A stretch of 63,795 nt of DNA, filler included, from Choristocarpus tenellus KU-1152 (taxonomy: Eukaryota > Protista > Phaeophyceae): NCBI GenBank assembly GCA_964200185.2. It is 11 parts of 11 records of this genome, joined end to end, with 100 filler letters (N's around TTAATTAATTAA, not from the genome) between each part and the next. Parts side by side here need not be neighbours in the genome. Positions count along the whole stretch, not along the records: positions 1 to 4,446 come from CAXNAD020014513.1; positions 4,547 to 9,548 come from CAXNAD020012209.1; positions 9,649 to 16,559 come from CAXNAD020007084.1; 8 more parts are not named here. One strand, written 5' to 3'. Positions 1 through 12,529 of this stretch are shown in pieces. A model generated the notes under the pieces. The model was not told where the DNA came from. It did no database searches and saw nothing but the letters and a program-made list of their open reading frames with translations. The first letter of the stretch is position 1; each line of letters opens with the position of its first letter. The position numbers and the translations under genes are program-made.

Positions 1-1039
1 GTCATGCAAAAGTGGAATGTGTGAGGGGTGGGGGACACGAAGGGGATCCCATTAGTCGGTTCCTTTCACTGCTCAAAACATGGGTCGCGGTACGTACCAC
101 TGCTAGAAATTTTAATGCACAGTAACATCTATGACTGTATTTGTGGGTGGGGGGGATAAGAGAAGTATAATTTTTTCTGATCAGTTGACACGTTGAATAA
201 TGAGCTATGGAGCACTGCAATTGCACCTCTCACTACGCGAAAATGTCCTGTATGTTACTGAAACGACTGAGGATGGATAGAGGGGAAAATGCTGCTGGAT
301 GCCCAGAATGCGTCGGATGTTAAGAAAGGAGAACCTGCTCACTAAGGCTAAAATATGAAGTGCAAGGTGACACGATGCACCTAGAGGCATCAGCATTTTC
401 TTCCATGGGGGCTCAGATGAGGCAAGACTGAGGAGAGGCTGGTAGAGCTGATCTATTGATGCAAAATATTTTACACAGGATATGGCAACCGATGTTTCAA
501 TATAGATTTTTCTACTGGGAAAATATCGAGGGGTGCATGAAAAGCTTTGGGTCAACAACAACCTCGAGTAAGATAGACTTGGCGCAGATGCGAGATAGGG
601 GGGGGAATGATCAACAAAAATCAACTCAACCAGTTCATCACTTCTTTGGCGAATTTGAAAGCACTATGATGCCGCTTCGTACCATGTTCCAAGGACAAGA
701 ACACATCAGTTTTCTGACTTGCATAAAAGACACCGGTACTGTACCTGGCAACACATTTGGGAGGATAAACAGCACAAGGGTTACTCAAGCGTAAGGGACC
801 GTTATCCTAAAACGCATCCTTGTCATGATACAATACCTGTCTTCAAACATAATAATGGGGGTTTTGCTCCTCTAAGACCGACCTCGAATTCCCTGAGACA
901 GAAGGGTCATAGTATAGTGTTATCACGACGAAGAGCAACCTTCAGGATATAACGCATGACGTGATACAAAGTATGTACCACCCTGGACTAGAAGCTATGT
1001 CAAAGCTCACCTGTTCATTCAACGTTCGCACACCTTCAC

Positions 1040-1528
1040 TTGCCGATTGCGTCGCTGACTGTGGCGAGGTCGACATTGGATATTTGGAGGTTCCCCTGGA
1101 AGAGGTTGAGACGAGGCAAAGAGACGAATGCGGGAAACCTAAAGGACATCAACATCGACAGGACCACTATCTATGTGTTATGCACCGCCTGCGGTAATGA
1201 AAAATGGATGAGGATGAACTGGGCATACCTCCATCATCAACAACGACAGGGCTTTACACTTTTGGTCCTTAAGAAAAGGAAACCTTTTCAGGAGCACGAA
1301 GTGAAATGGTTGGGCCCACCTCGAAGAATGATGCCTCCAGCTACGATGTACCCTAGTCAACGCACTGTGACATTCTCTTCGGTCGCAATAGCCTCCAACA
1401 GGGCCTACTGGTACAAAAGCATTGACAGCCAGGAGGCTGCCAATGCTTACCTGAGGGTGGAAGCAGAGGTTGAAAGAGGGTCTGTTAAGGAAGAGGACGG
1501 AGTGTGGGGGAGTGCAAAGTGCACAGGG
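1040..1528 (+). CDS. Possible coding exon, unknown product
   Basis: Open frame of about 160 codons ending at a strong donor (GGG|GTAAGC, 1529). No family recognised. Confidence 0.3.
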
Positions 1529-1790
1529 GTAAGCATATAGTAAATACAACAGCTCCACCTACCACAGCATGCAACATATCCTTCTTGGTATGTAAATTAA
1601 AGTTGAACCACAACATGAGAGTGTGGTTGGGACAGTATTTTATAGTAGATCGTTCATGATTCTCAACACTTTCATTAATTCAATACAGTATTCTCAAATT
1701 TTCAACTACTATGTGGAAAGTTGATCCATCTCTTATCCTGCCAGGAGGCAGTAGAGATCTATAGGTAGGATCCGTCAAGTTCATGCAATC

Positions 1791-3916
1791 ATGAGAATCA
1801 AGTTCAGCAGGCACCACCCCGGTGATAAGGACGAGGTGCCATCCTTTCTGAGGCACGAGATTGATAGCGGACAGTACGAACGGACAGGTGGGTTTAATAA
1901 CTATGAGGTGGTTACTGGTTTTCACCCAGAACCTTTCAACAAACCTCCACCACGTCCTTGTTCGCCAGGTTTCTACCATGACTTCCCGGTGTTTGCAGAC
2001 AATCCAGAGGTAGCGACGAAGCTAGGATACCTTGGAAGGACGTACCACACCGAGAATATGGAGATAATACACTTTTTCAATCGTTCAAAAGGAGATATGG
2101 TGGGGAGTGTCATCTTTTCCTTGGACTGCGAGGGTCCTCCAGGTGGAAATAAGTTAGCCTTTGAAGATGTAAAGAGCACTATACGCCGGTTCAGTTGTGT
2201 GATAGGGAGGGATGGTGGGTGTTATTATGTTTTCCTTGGACTCAGGGGAAAATAACTTCATCTTTGACCATATAGAGAGTACGATGGATGATTGATTCGT
2301 CCAACAGGGGGGATGGTGGGACATTGCATATTGTCCTTGGACTGTGAGGTTGCTTCCGGTAAGAGAAAGGTCGTGAAGGTCCGAACCAGGTGATATGTAT
2401 GCGATGGGTTGGTAGTTGTTTGGTGTTTTGATGAAACGCGCTTTGTTGTAAGTGTGGTTGTGACCCTCTTGAACAAAGAAATACAATGAGGTGAACGCAT
2501 GTTCAATTTTCCGTTGCCTCCTCAGGATTCCTAAACAGAGATAGTGCAATTCGTTTCGGCTGTACAGGGCACCATTACTGAGTAAATCATCGTGATATTT
2601 GGACTGGTTGAAGTAGTGGTGGAAATATTCACTTAGAGCTCGGCAACAACTAATGTACTAACAGCAGTGATTCGATTATTGCTACGTTGCCAACTACCAG
2701 TTAGCACAGTGGATAGCATTGCAGTTTTACTATTTGAACCATACTTTGCGCATAACACTTTCACTTCAAAAGTTTGACACAGGCAACTTCAGAGATAACC
2801 ATTTTGTCTTGTTGGACCAACTCAACATTGAAGCTTTGGTAGATACTTAGTCACTGAACGCCCCGTACTATTGTGCGGTTGAATTCTGCCATCTAGGAGT
2901 AGTAGCATTGTACATTTGTACCGCACTACTTGCAGAGGGTTGAATTGAGGGGGGGTACTCCATTGATAGCAGCGCTGTGAGTTCGGCAGATGGATGGTCA
3001 GCCTTCCGTCAATCCAGCGAAAGCTGCACATCATAGCATGCTCAACCCCACAAGCCTACCGAGCTACGGCAATCTTGGTAGTAGTAGCTCACATGCTGGC
3101 TCAGGCTGTGGTATTAATTTTCTTTTTTGGTTGACGTTGGCCACCTCATTACCACTATACACCACTACTGTAATATGACGATGCTGTGCTATTTCAACAC
3201 TTTCAATTGTCATTGTTCATAGCATTCCAACATGTAGAAATTATATATCCCATTTTGTACCAACAGCTACACTGATAGCCCGAAATCTTTGCTCATACCT
3301 CGAAGTTCCATGAATCTTGTTTTTTGGCAGCATTGTACCGGTGCTTTGTTTGCTTTTTCGGTAAAAGAGAGTCTAGACGATTTTTCCGCACAATATGTAT
3401 GGCAATACCAAGCAATTAAATGCTCAGGGGTGTACATGCGTTGTGATATTCATTGAGGGGTGCTGTTTTAAACGGTCTTCGCTTGGAGGGGGTTTGGGCA
3501 GTAGTCTGTCTGCTTTCCCTCTACATAATCATACCAACCATATGACATGTTTGAAGAAAGGCAAGCTGGGACTGTTTCCTGCAAGAGCTCGTATGTTAGT
3601 AACCGTCTTGACTTGAGCAGTACACACATTGACACACACACACACACACACACTTGCATCTATGCGCAGCCCAGTCCCCCGTACCCCTTCTCCTTCCTTC
3701 CCTCCCCTCCCCTGTCCGCTGCTTGAAGGCATTGTCCATGGTGGTGCTGTGGCAACAGCCCTTGACGACATCCTAGGTACCATGGCATGGAGACACACAG
3801 GTTTCTGCAGGACAGGCATCCCCACGGTGGAATTGACAGTCCGGTACAGAAGATTTACACCCCTTGGAAGGCCGATACGTTTTGAGACAAGCGTGAAGGG
3901 CACTCAGGGACAGAAG
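1791..3916 (+). CDS. Hotdog-fold acyl-CoA thioesterase (THEM4/PaaI-like), partial, 2 exons
   Basis: Exons ~1791-2142 and 3729-3916 are joined by a phase-1 GT-AG intron (2143-3728). Splicing rebuilds the family motif CEGPPG-IVHGGAVATALDDILG...TVELTVRYRRFTPLG. The donor at 3917 implies further exons beyond the contig end. Confidence 0.85.
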
Positions 3917-4446
3917 GTGGGCAAGTACGAAGGGCACCCGCCCGATAGAGACAGCTCAAGGTTAGGACAAAGTTGCGGGGCGGGCGGCATTGAGAGGAGT
4001 GAGGCATGTTTTTTTTTTTTTTTAACAGATACTGTACATTGCTTACACTTTTTTTTCATTTTTTTTTTCACTGTTGAGAAGGGCAACTGTTGCACCCGGC
4101 GTAGAAAATCATTATTATGATAATTATTTATGCGCAGGAGTTTGTGAGCAGCAGTGACTTGTCTCTTTTTTCATTTTTTTTTTCCTTTGTTCTGTCCGTT
4201 CTGTGTGTGTTCTTCATTCCCCCTGATGCCACACTTCGAAATGCAGTAAGAACGGCGGTGGGCGTATGATCGTAAGGTGGCACACTGTTGTGTTAAAAGA
4301 AAAGGAGATCGTTTTTTTTGATTTTGGAAGGGTTCAGCCCCCCGCTGTGTTCTCGCTTATAGGAACTTTCATGCGCAAAACTCGCTCGATTTTTTTTTTT
4401 TTTTCAGTTTGTCTCAGATGCGGCAGGAGGTTTTGTTCCTGGTGGT

Positions 4447-4546
4447 NNNNNNNNNNNNNNNNNNNNNNNNNNNNNNNNNNNNNNNNNNNNTTAATTAATT
4501 AANNNNNNNNNNNNNNNNNNNNNNNNNNNNNNNNNNNNNNNNNNNN
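4447..4546. other. Artificial contig-joining linker (first of 10)
   Basis: Identical N44-TTAATTAATTAA-N44 blocks (stops in all six frames) at 4447-4546, 9549-9648, 16560-16659, 23396-23495, 27411-27510, 37354-37453, 48226-48325, 53591-53690, 57603-57702 and 60731-60830. Confidence 0.98.
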
Positions 4547-4640
4547 ATCCGACCGGGGCGACCGAATCACACCAAAAAAGTGAAAATCGAGAAAGGGTGA
4601 AAAACGGACGCCGGCACCCCCCCCCCAGATACTTTGACCC
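4547..4640. mobile_element. MITE terminus (family A2), truncated by contig start
   Basis: Ends CCCCCCCAGATACTTTGACCC; closely similar to 57703-57809. Confidence 0.7.
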
Positions 4641-5003
4641 TGTGTGTGGTTCGTTTCTGTTAGGTGTCAAGGTGGGAAACTGGAACAACTCCTTCCGCAC
4701 AAGAGAGTCATTTGCCGCACCGCCCACCAACACACCCCAATCTAGGAGAAAGGAAGAGAGGGGGACAGCGGCTGTTGCCACCTCTACTTTTGGTAATGGA
4801 GGAAGAGTTTAATGATCGTTGCTTGGATTTTTTCTCCTTGAATATAGTTGGGCTGGTACTATACTACTTGTTCAACAATGTACATTAATAAACTTGAAGT
4901 AGTAGGGTGCCACTACTGTTTGTTAGGAGTTGGGGGATGAATTATGTAGTAATATTCATAGGGTACCCATTTGTTCTCATTTGCTCAGTGATATGAGGCC
5001 CTT

Positions 5004-5807
5004 GACCCAAGCCATTTAAGAGGGTATGAGTTTTGCCGTTTGTGTCCGTTCGGGGCTTGGCTTCCCACTTTTTTTTATGCCCTTTTTCGTTTTTTGTGTA
5101 ACACAGTTACCAAAAATGTGTACGACTACAAAAAGGTGTGTCTGGAGCAAGGACACTGACATGTTACAGCACACCCCAGAACTCACCTCCATAGGATCTG
5201 TAACTCAAATCCAACGACCTTAAAACGACTCTCTGGGGACGTTGTCCTTGGTAACAGTTTGTTGGGTGTCAGATAGCCTTCTCATGATATTCCACTCAGT
5301 GCTTAGCTCAAAGCTCGACTCAATGTTTCGTTCAAGATGATAAGACTGTTTTAAGAGGGGTGATGGTTTTGACCAAAAGCCCTTTTATTATTTTCATCAT
5401 CCACCCGATTTCTTTGGTCTTCTATGCAACTGCTGTATACGTACTCCAATCATAAACCTTTATTCTGCAACTTATTGGGAACTTTGACGTTTTCTTCTGT
5501 AACGTTAGGTATGCATTACGAATCCTTACTCTGTATCTTCTAGGGAATCAGCATTTATTCTGTAGGACTACTTATGTGCTACTAATCTCGTATACTGCTC
5601 GCGCTTGTTAGAACGCGATAAGCATTACTCGCGCTATTCGCCTGCAACAAATGCTCGTGTTTGCTAAAACATGAGAAGAAATGCTCGCGCCATTCGCCTG
5701 TAACAGACACTTGCCAATAAACACGATAGCCAAAATTAATCAAATTCGCAACATTGGATTTATGATCCTGAACGGACGCAGCCATACTCTCTTAAATGCT
5801 TTGACTC
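5004..5807. mobile_element. MITE family B', interrupted by a solo LTR
   Basis: Imperfect TIRs GACCCAAGCCATTTAAGAGGGTA ... TACTCTCTTAAATGCTTTGACTC. Removing the LTR plus one TSD copy leaves 256 bp that match 54639-54895 (reverse orientation). Confidence 0.8.
5162..5705. mobile_element. Solo LTR (544 bp)
   Basis: TGTTACAG...CTGTAACA termini with a GACA/GACA 4-bp target-site duplication. Homologous to 6334-6889; has internal TGCTCGCGCTATTCGCCT-type repeats. Confidence 0.8.
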
Positions 5808-6333
5808 CCATAACGGTTTCCATATAGTGTATTTTAGGGTTCGCTTCCTTGTCCAAAGTGTTAGTTTCAGTGTCATTTTTGAATTTGGTGTAAAGTAACG
5901 GGAGGATAGGAGGGGGCTTGATGAGGCTTGTTTCTTCTCTGTCATGAATTGGACATTAACTTCTGGAAATGTGGGTGTTGCCAACTATGTGGTTGTGTCA
6001 TTTTTCCGAATAATGCATCTTTTCGCTCGAAATTGTTATAGGATTGACCATAAACACAGTTACTGGGTACACCCCTTCCCGCCCTAACTCTCTCCACACA
6101 CACACACACACACACACCTACGCGCCCACCACTGGTTGAACTGCAACAATAATTGCCCTTCCCTTTGCTGCTAAGGAACATGGAGAGATCAATTCGCTCG
6201 ACAATGGTTATGTCTACACGCAATCTCCAGGTGGTCCATCCTTTCGTTCAGAAGATTATATTGAGGGTGGGGCAAGTAGATGAACGCTTAAAGGCGGGTC
6301 GAAGTGCGACTGGTCCAAGGGCTCAGGCAGTAT

Positions 6334-6889
6334 TGTTACAGTGTGCCCCTGAACTCACCTCCACAACAGGATGTGTAACTCAGATCCAACGACCATGAAA
6401 CGACGCTATAGGGGCGTTGCCCTTGGTAACAGTTTGTAGGCTGTCAGATAGCCTTCTCTCTTGATATTCCACTCAGTGCTTAGCTCAAAGCTCGACTCAA
6501 TGTTTCGTTCAAGATAATAAGACTGGCTAAGAGAGGAATAGGATTTTGACCTAAAGTCCTCTTATTATTTTCATCATCCACCCGATTTCTTTGGTCTTCT
6601 ATGCAACTGCTGTATACGTACTCCAATCATACACCTTTATTCAGCAACTTCTTAGGAACTTTGACTTTTTCTTCTGTAATAAATGTTACGTATGCATTAC
6701 GAATCTTACTCTGTATCTTCTAGGAAATCAGCATTTATTCTGTAAGGCTACCTATCTATGTGTTGCTAATATCGTATATTGTTCGCACTTGTTAGAATGC
6801 GAGAAACGATGCTCGCACTATTCGCCTATGACAAATGTTCATGTTTGCTAAGACATGAGAAGAAATGCTCGCGCTATTCGCCTGTAACA
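6334..6889. mobile_element. Solo LTR (556 bp), same family
   Basis: TGTTACAG...CTGTAACA termini, colinear with 5162-5705. Flanked by CAGTA on both sides, one base outside the TG/CA ends. Confidence 0.78.
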
Positions 6890-9227
6890 ACAGTATTGTA
6901 TCTTGTAATGCCTTGGGGTGGCAGCTCCTCGAGCAGGGGAGGTGGCCGCTTAGGCAGCAACACTGAGGTTCGTGATACGAAATCATGGACTGAAATACCA
7001 TTTCCAACAGCCACTCCACTACCTGAAGCCCCAGCTCCCTCACTCACCTCTTACAGCAGCATTAACAAGCACAGCCCCCAGGGAAGGGGTACGGAGGAGC
7101 GACCGAAAGGGAAGAAACTGAAAGTGGCAGCGTTGAGTAAAGTTCATACGTTATTGAGATGTGTAGGAGTTGTTATTGGAGGGTGGGTAAGGAGTTGAAA
7201 CCATTGGAGAATTGACTAAGCGTGAAAGGTGATCGTGTTTGTCTCGACGTGACGAGATACAACTCAGAGAAGCGTTCGGGAAGCATTTTTTCAGGTGATA
7301 TTGTAAGGTTGTGTCACCCTTTGAATGTCACAAAAAAATGTTATTGTTTTTTCTTCTTTCGACAGACGTGTAACGGAAGTGCTTCATTATTATTCGGGCT
7401 TACTTTTTGCCTCCGTTTCATGGGTAGGCCAAGCGAAAAAGGCACTACCACACTGTTGTCGTTAAGTACGTGAAGTTCCCGAGTCTTCAAGTCGTCCAGC
7501 CACCCAGAATAAAATCCTGAAACCACTTATGTGGTAATCGTTCGTGTCGTGAGTACGTGGTCAGTGTGTGTGTGCATGCATGTTTGAAGAAATGTCGCTT
7601 GTCTGTCTTGTGTGTGTGTACAGTATGACATATTTGTTGGTTTTGTATTCTACGTTGATACGATGGTGAACTTATTTTGTATCCTTGGACAGACGCTGCA
7701 AATTTGGTACGTAGATAAAGTAGCTCTAAGTCTGCTGATCAGCGCTACATGGAAATCGTCGACCAGACAATACGACGCTATCTATGGCTTAGGAGAGGAC
7801 AACATGAATGCGGGGGAAAACGAGAAAGAAAGGCTTCCTGAAGAACCAAATTACCAATCTCTGAGCAATATTCCAGTTGTTAGGTAGCCATGTGCAAATG
7901 GTTCCAATGTGAGACATGCGATAAATATGTTGATTTTGGAGCCTGGTAGAGTCTGTTTACTCCCTGCATTATATCACAGTTTTGGTATCGTTCGGCATGG
8001 AGGTTGCCTGATCTCATCTCCAGGCTATCGACTCATCAGTCATGTACAGGTGCTCGTGTGTGCCTGCCCTTACAACTAACCATCAAACAATACCTCAAAT
8101 GGATCATGGCTCATTTCTCCCTTCCCTTCACAAGATGTTTAACGGAGATTTGGAAAGATTGGACGATTTGCCTTATGCTTAGCATCCATGTACGTGCACG
8201 TGACATAACTAATGAAATTGGATAATTTTGCTACCAGGCTGTTAATTGGGACTGCGTCACACCATCGCACAATGTAAGTTGTACGGGAAGCTAAGTTGTA
8301 TGCAATTGACTGTGTCCAGATTAGACAATGGGCAGGGGTTCTGTATATAGGGATCTGGTGGTAGACGCGTTCAAGTCATTAGGGCAACCCAGTGTGTGTG
8401 CTAAGAATTACCTATATCTAACCCCTGAAAGTGTGACCTGACCAACTTTATAGCACTGGCTCAGCCTGTTCAAATATCAAGATACATAACGGCCTCAACG
8501 TATGTTACACCACAAGAATTTCGTACGACTGAATATTTTCATGTGTTCAGCACCTTCACAAGGGAAAAACTCTGCAGCATGTTGTGCACAGCAGGAAATG
8601 TCATTCCTTGAGGAAGGCATGAAACGAAGTGAGATTTGTTGCTTTATGAGGAGTCAGGAGTAGAAATGAGCTTGAGTCAGTGAAACACATATTGAATAAG
8701 TAAGAACTTGGAGTGGTGATATATCAGTGAGCTTGCTGGGGAAGTACTTGTGAGGTAGCAAGCTTAATCACATATCTTGAAATATTTACTAGGAGCATGG
8801 TGGTTTTAGATGCGATTAGGTCAACCATGGAACAGTTGAGTATCACTTATTTTTTTAATACTATTTCTACGGTGATAGAGCAGCAAATAATATTGACTTG
8901 ACCATCCCCCTCTCTTTCACGCACCAAACAGGCACTAACTCAATGATCACCGAGCTCTTGGTCATTCTCCTTACACTGAGGGTGGCGCCCTTGTTTTATA
9001 TTGACTTCCGTCAAAGCACCCGTGTTGCCTCATGTTGCTAGATTGCTGTGCACTCTAAAGCTGCGTGCAAAGTAGAATCCTGATGTTGCCTGTTGGGGGT
9101 TGATACCGAACAAGACATGCAGGTCCTATGCATGATACATATTTATGAGGGTCCTCTACCTTATAGGTGCACCATTCAACATTGATCCACGAGCTGAGGT
9201 GGAATTTCTTTGAGTTGTCAAAGTGGT

Positions 9228-9548
9228 GAGGCTCAAAGTATCTGGGGGGGTGGTGGTGGCATTTTTCCTTGTCGCATTTTTTGGGTGATTTGATTTTATG
9301 TGTCGAATGGATAATGTATATGCACTTTTCTTGGTCAGGGCTCAAATGGAGACCCTGGTGTAGTTCCCCCCCTCCCTCCCTCGAGGCTCAAAGTATCTGG
9401 GGGGGGATGGCGGCTGCCCATTTGGGATCAACTTTTTTTCATATCACGATTTTTGGGTGATTTGGTTGCGTATGTCTGATGGACAATGTAAATGCACTTT
9501 TCCTGATATTGGTCAAATGGACACCCTGGTGTAGACCCCCCCCCCCCC
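9228..9548. mobile_element. Two head-to-tail family A MITEs
   Basis: GAGGCTCAAAGTATCTGGGGGGG starts at 9228 and at 9383; both bodies match 11714-11894. Confidence 0.8.
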
Positions 9549-9648
9549 NNNNNNNNNNNNNNNNNNNNNNNNNNNNNNNNNNNNNNNNNNNNTTAATTAA
9601 TTAANNNNNNNNNNNNNNNNNNNNNNNNNNNNNNNNNNNNNNNNNNNN

Positions 9649-9891
9649 AGAGGGTACGAGTTTTGCCCTGTTTGTCCATTTCGGGCTTGGCTTCCTATGG
9701 GTTCTCTTATGAAATTTTCCTACTCCAAAATGTTTCGGAGTGGGGAAAATGTGTACGTTATGAAAAGGTGTGTCCAAACATGGATATTGACACTTTCTTA
9801 CATACACGATAGTCAAAATTACATCAAAATTGCAACATTTGATTTTGGCCCCCAAGTGGACGCGGCTCTACCCTCTAAGATACTTTGGCTC
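9649..9891. mobile_element. MITE family B, left end cut by contig start
   Basis: Colinear with 46773-47028; ends TACCCTCTAAGATACTTTGGCTC. Confidence 0.85.
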
Positions 9892-11713
9892 TTGATTTCT
9901 CCACTGTTTAAATAATTTTTGACAGAATCAGAAAATTTCTATACCTATTTGTACAAGAACCGAATTTTGAATAATTGTCACCATCCTTGAAATGAAACAA
10001 AATCGATATGGTCACCTTGTATCTGAGAGTTGAACCACCAACATTGTACATCCTAGTGTTCACTTGGAACATTGTCTTCAATGTGAGGAATTACTTCCAA
10101 TCATACCAGAATGTGAGGAAGGAGAAGTGTGCATACACCGCCTATTTATCTCGTCTGCTGTGTTGATTTTGACCATGTACACGCACACATGTTTTCGCAC
10201 ACATCAGACTGTTGATCAAAATCATCGAATAGCACTCATTTAGCATAATCAGATCACAAACGCTTGGTAACAGTTATTGACATTGTAGAGCGTTTACTCC
10301 TCATATCTCCATTCTTGAGTATCCTCTGATTGTAGTAGATACAAGGGACCTATATGCTTGCCCCATATACCTCCCGACTACCATTCAGACTGACCGCATT
10401 GCTGGCCCCACACCCTCAGAACGTGACCATGACCTTGATGACGAAATTCTGACCACTTCTCATCCACTTCACTCGAATACAGTCTGACATATATGCTGTT
10501 CCCATACACTCAGACGTCGTAAACTTGATTGGTATATTGATCACATACCATCAACTGTTTGCTAATGATATCTTGATCAGATATTCGTTGATGCCACGTT
10601 CATACACTGTACTTCATTTTGAATTCATAATATCGTGTAATATATTATGCTAACAGTTATACCTGTTTCCCATTTTTCTCCCATACCTCACTTCTTGGTT
10701 GACCCCAAACCATGCTTACATGCCTCCAAGGCCCATCAGAAGGGGAGGTAATGTGGAAAGCAGGGTTGTCTGCTATCATACCACTATTGCCCTAAGCCAT
10801 TCACTATTGTACTGATTGAGGTTCCGCGCCATGAATCCTCGATTCAAGAGGAGGATCTTTTGTGTGACTGAACCATGGAACATCCTCAAGAGACCAGTCC
10901 CACAGATTGTGGACTTCTCTACATTCAGAGATACCAAAACCAAAGGTTTTCGCCTTATAACTCTGCATGACGATCCAACACTCTCATGAGATCCTCCCCA
11001 CTCTGCGATTCTTACACTGGTCCAACCTTAACTTCATCCTCTCAGTTACGATTCGTCTTGGTTGCTCTGGTCCGTCCTTCTCAGTGATTCTCTCCACCAC
11101 CCTTGATTGTGTGAACCACGCTGTCACAGAACCATACAATTCACAATGGCAACACCGGTGAATTACAAGCGCAAAATGTCAGAGAGCATAATAATAATAA
11201 GCCTAATATTAGTAACTATTGCTAGACATGAAGGGGTGTGTATTGTAACCATATATATCCCCACCCTTCTATTCTGTGTATTATTGTACCACGCTCCTTT
11301 CCATGCCTATAGTTGAAGAGATATGAAAAAAATGAAAGAACTCCTAGTAATTTTGTCAATATGTCTCCAATATGGAAAAATAAAGTGATTTCAACGCTCT
11401 ACACTGTGTGATGCAGGGTATGACAACAACCATGACAGGCAACAGCTATTAATAGCTACCTGCATGGACATAGTTTGAGTGTGCCTAAAATCTTGTTCAA
11501 AAAAGTGCTCAAAGAAAAAAATGGTGCTCTATCTCTAGGTGTAAGTTTTGAAGCTGACAATAGAAGAGTTTGCAATGATAAGACAGTGCATTGAGCAACA
11601 CAAGTGTCGTGATTGGATTTTCCCGCTCGTATTCCGTGCATGCACCTATTTCCATCAACATGATAGCCCCATGATCTTCTTCATCTCTATTTCTTATGAA
11701 AAGCAAATGTCCT

Positions 11714-11894
11714 GAGGAAAAGTGTCTGGGGGGGGGGTGGCGGCTGTTCATTCAAGGCCCTTTTTTCCACGACGCAATTTTTGGGTGAATTTGGTTTATG
11801 CGTCGGATGGATAATGTAAGTGCACTTCTCCTGGTCAGGGCCCGAATGGACATCTTGGTGTAGACCCCCTCCCCTCCCAGATACTTTGAGCCTC
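11714..11894. mobile_element. MITE family A, full length (~180 bp)
   Basis: TIRs GAGG-AAAAGTGTCTGGGGGGG ... CCCCTCCCAGATACTTTGAGCCTC; non-coding; several copies in this window. Confidence 0.8.
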
Positions 11895-12529
11895 CTGTAT
11901 TCCTATTGTCGCCCCACTCTTTCACCGTTGAACCTGCAGTCAATATTATACCCTTGTACATGATGATATGACTTGGTGTAAATAAAGCGTATTTGGTTTG
12001 CCAGTGACTTGAACTTGTGGTCTCAATTCCACTGACTGAACAAGAGGGGGCGAAATACCCAGTCTTATCCTACTGTGTGGGGCTTCCGATCATCCATACT
12101 AAGCACCCATACATGTACTATATGACCAACATATCAGGAACAGAACACTACTAATAATCACAGGGCATTAATCAAGGAAGATATTATGTCACATATCAGG
12201 TACACAAACAGTGGTGCTGTTGTGGACGGATAACATTTAAGAGCGTAAATTAACTCGACTACAAATTTTCGCTATGCTCGATTTTAGTCCAACTCACCTG
12301 CAGCGCACGATTCGAGGAGCGCAAATTGCTGATCTCTGTGAACAGGGCGGGCATTCATACAAAAAAATCTGAATAAAATGACACCTTAACTCTAGGTTTC
12401 GATCGATTTTTTTCATCAAATCATACAAATTCGCGTAAGACCCAACCATCGGTATCAAACAGGGTATCCTAGGCCAGAGGTCATTCCCGACACACAGCTC
12501 TACAAGTAGAGTCATGTCTGTTTTGCATT

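Noticed and set aside
4491-4502. Recurrent TTAATTAATTAA palindrome as a biological motif
   Set aside because: Always centred in exactly 44+44 N; it is an artificial linker, and ORFs running into it are artefacts.
5162-6889. Single TRIM element bounded by two LTRs
   Set aside because: Each LTR has its own flanking duplication, the spacer contains the remainder of a MITE, and no PBS is evident.
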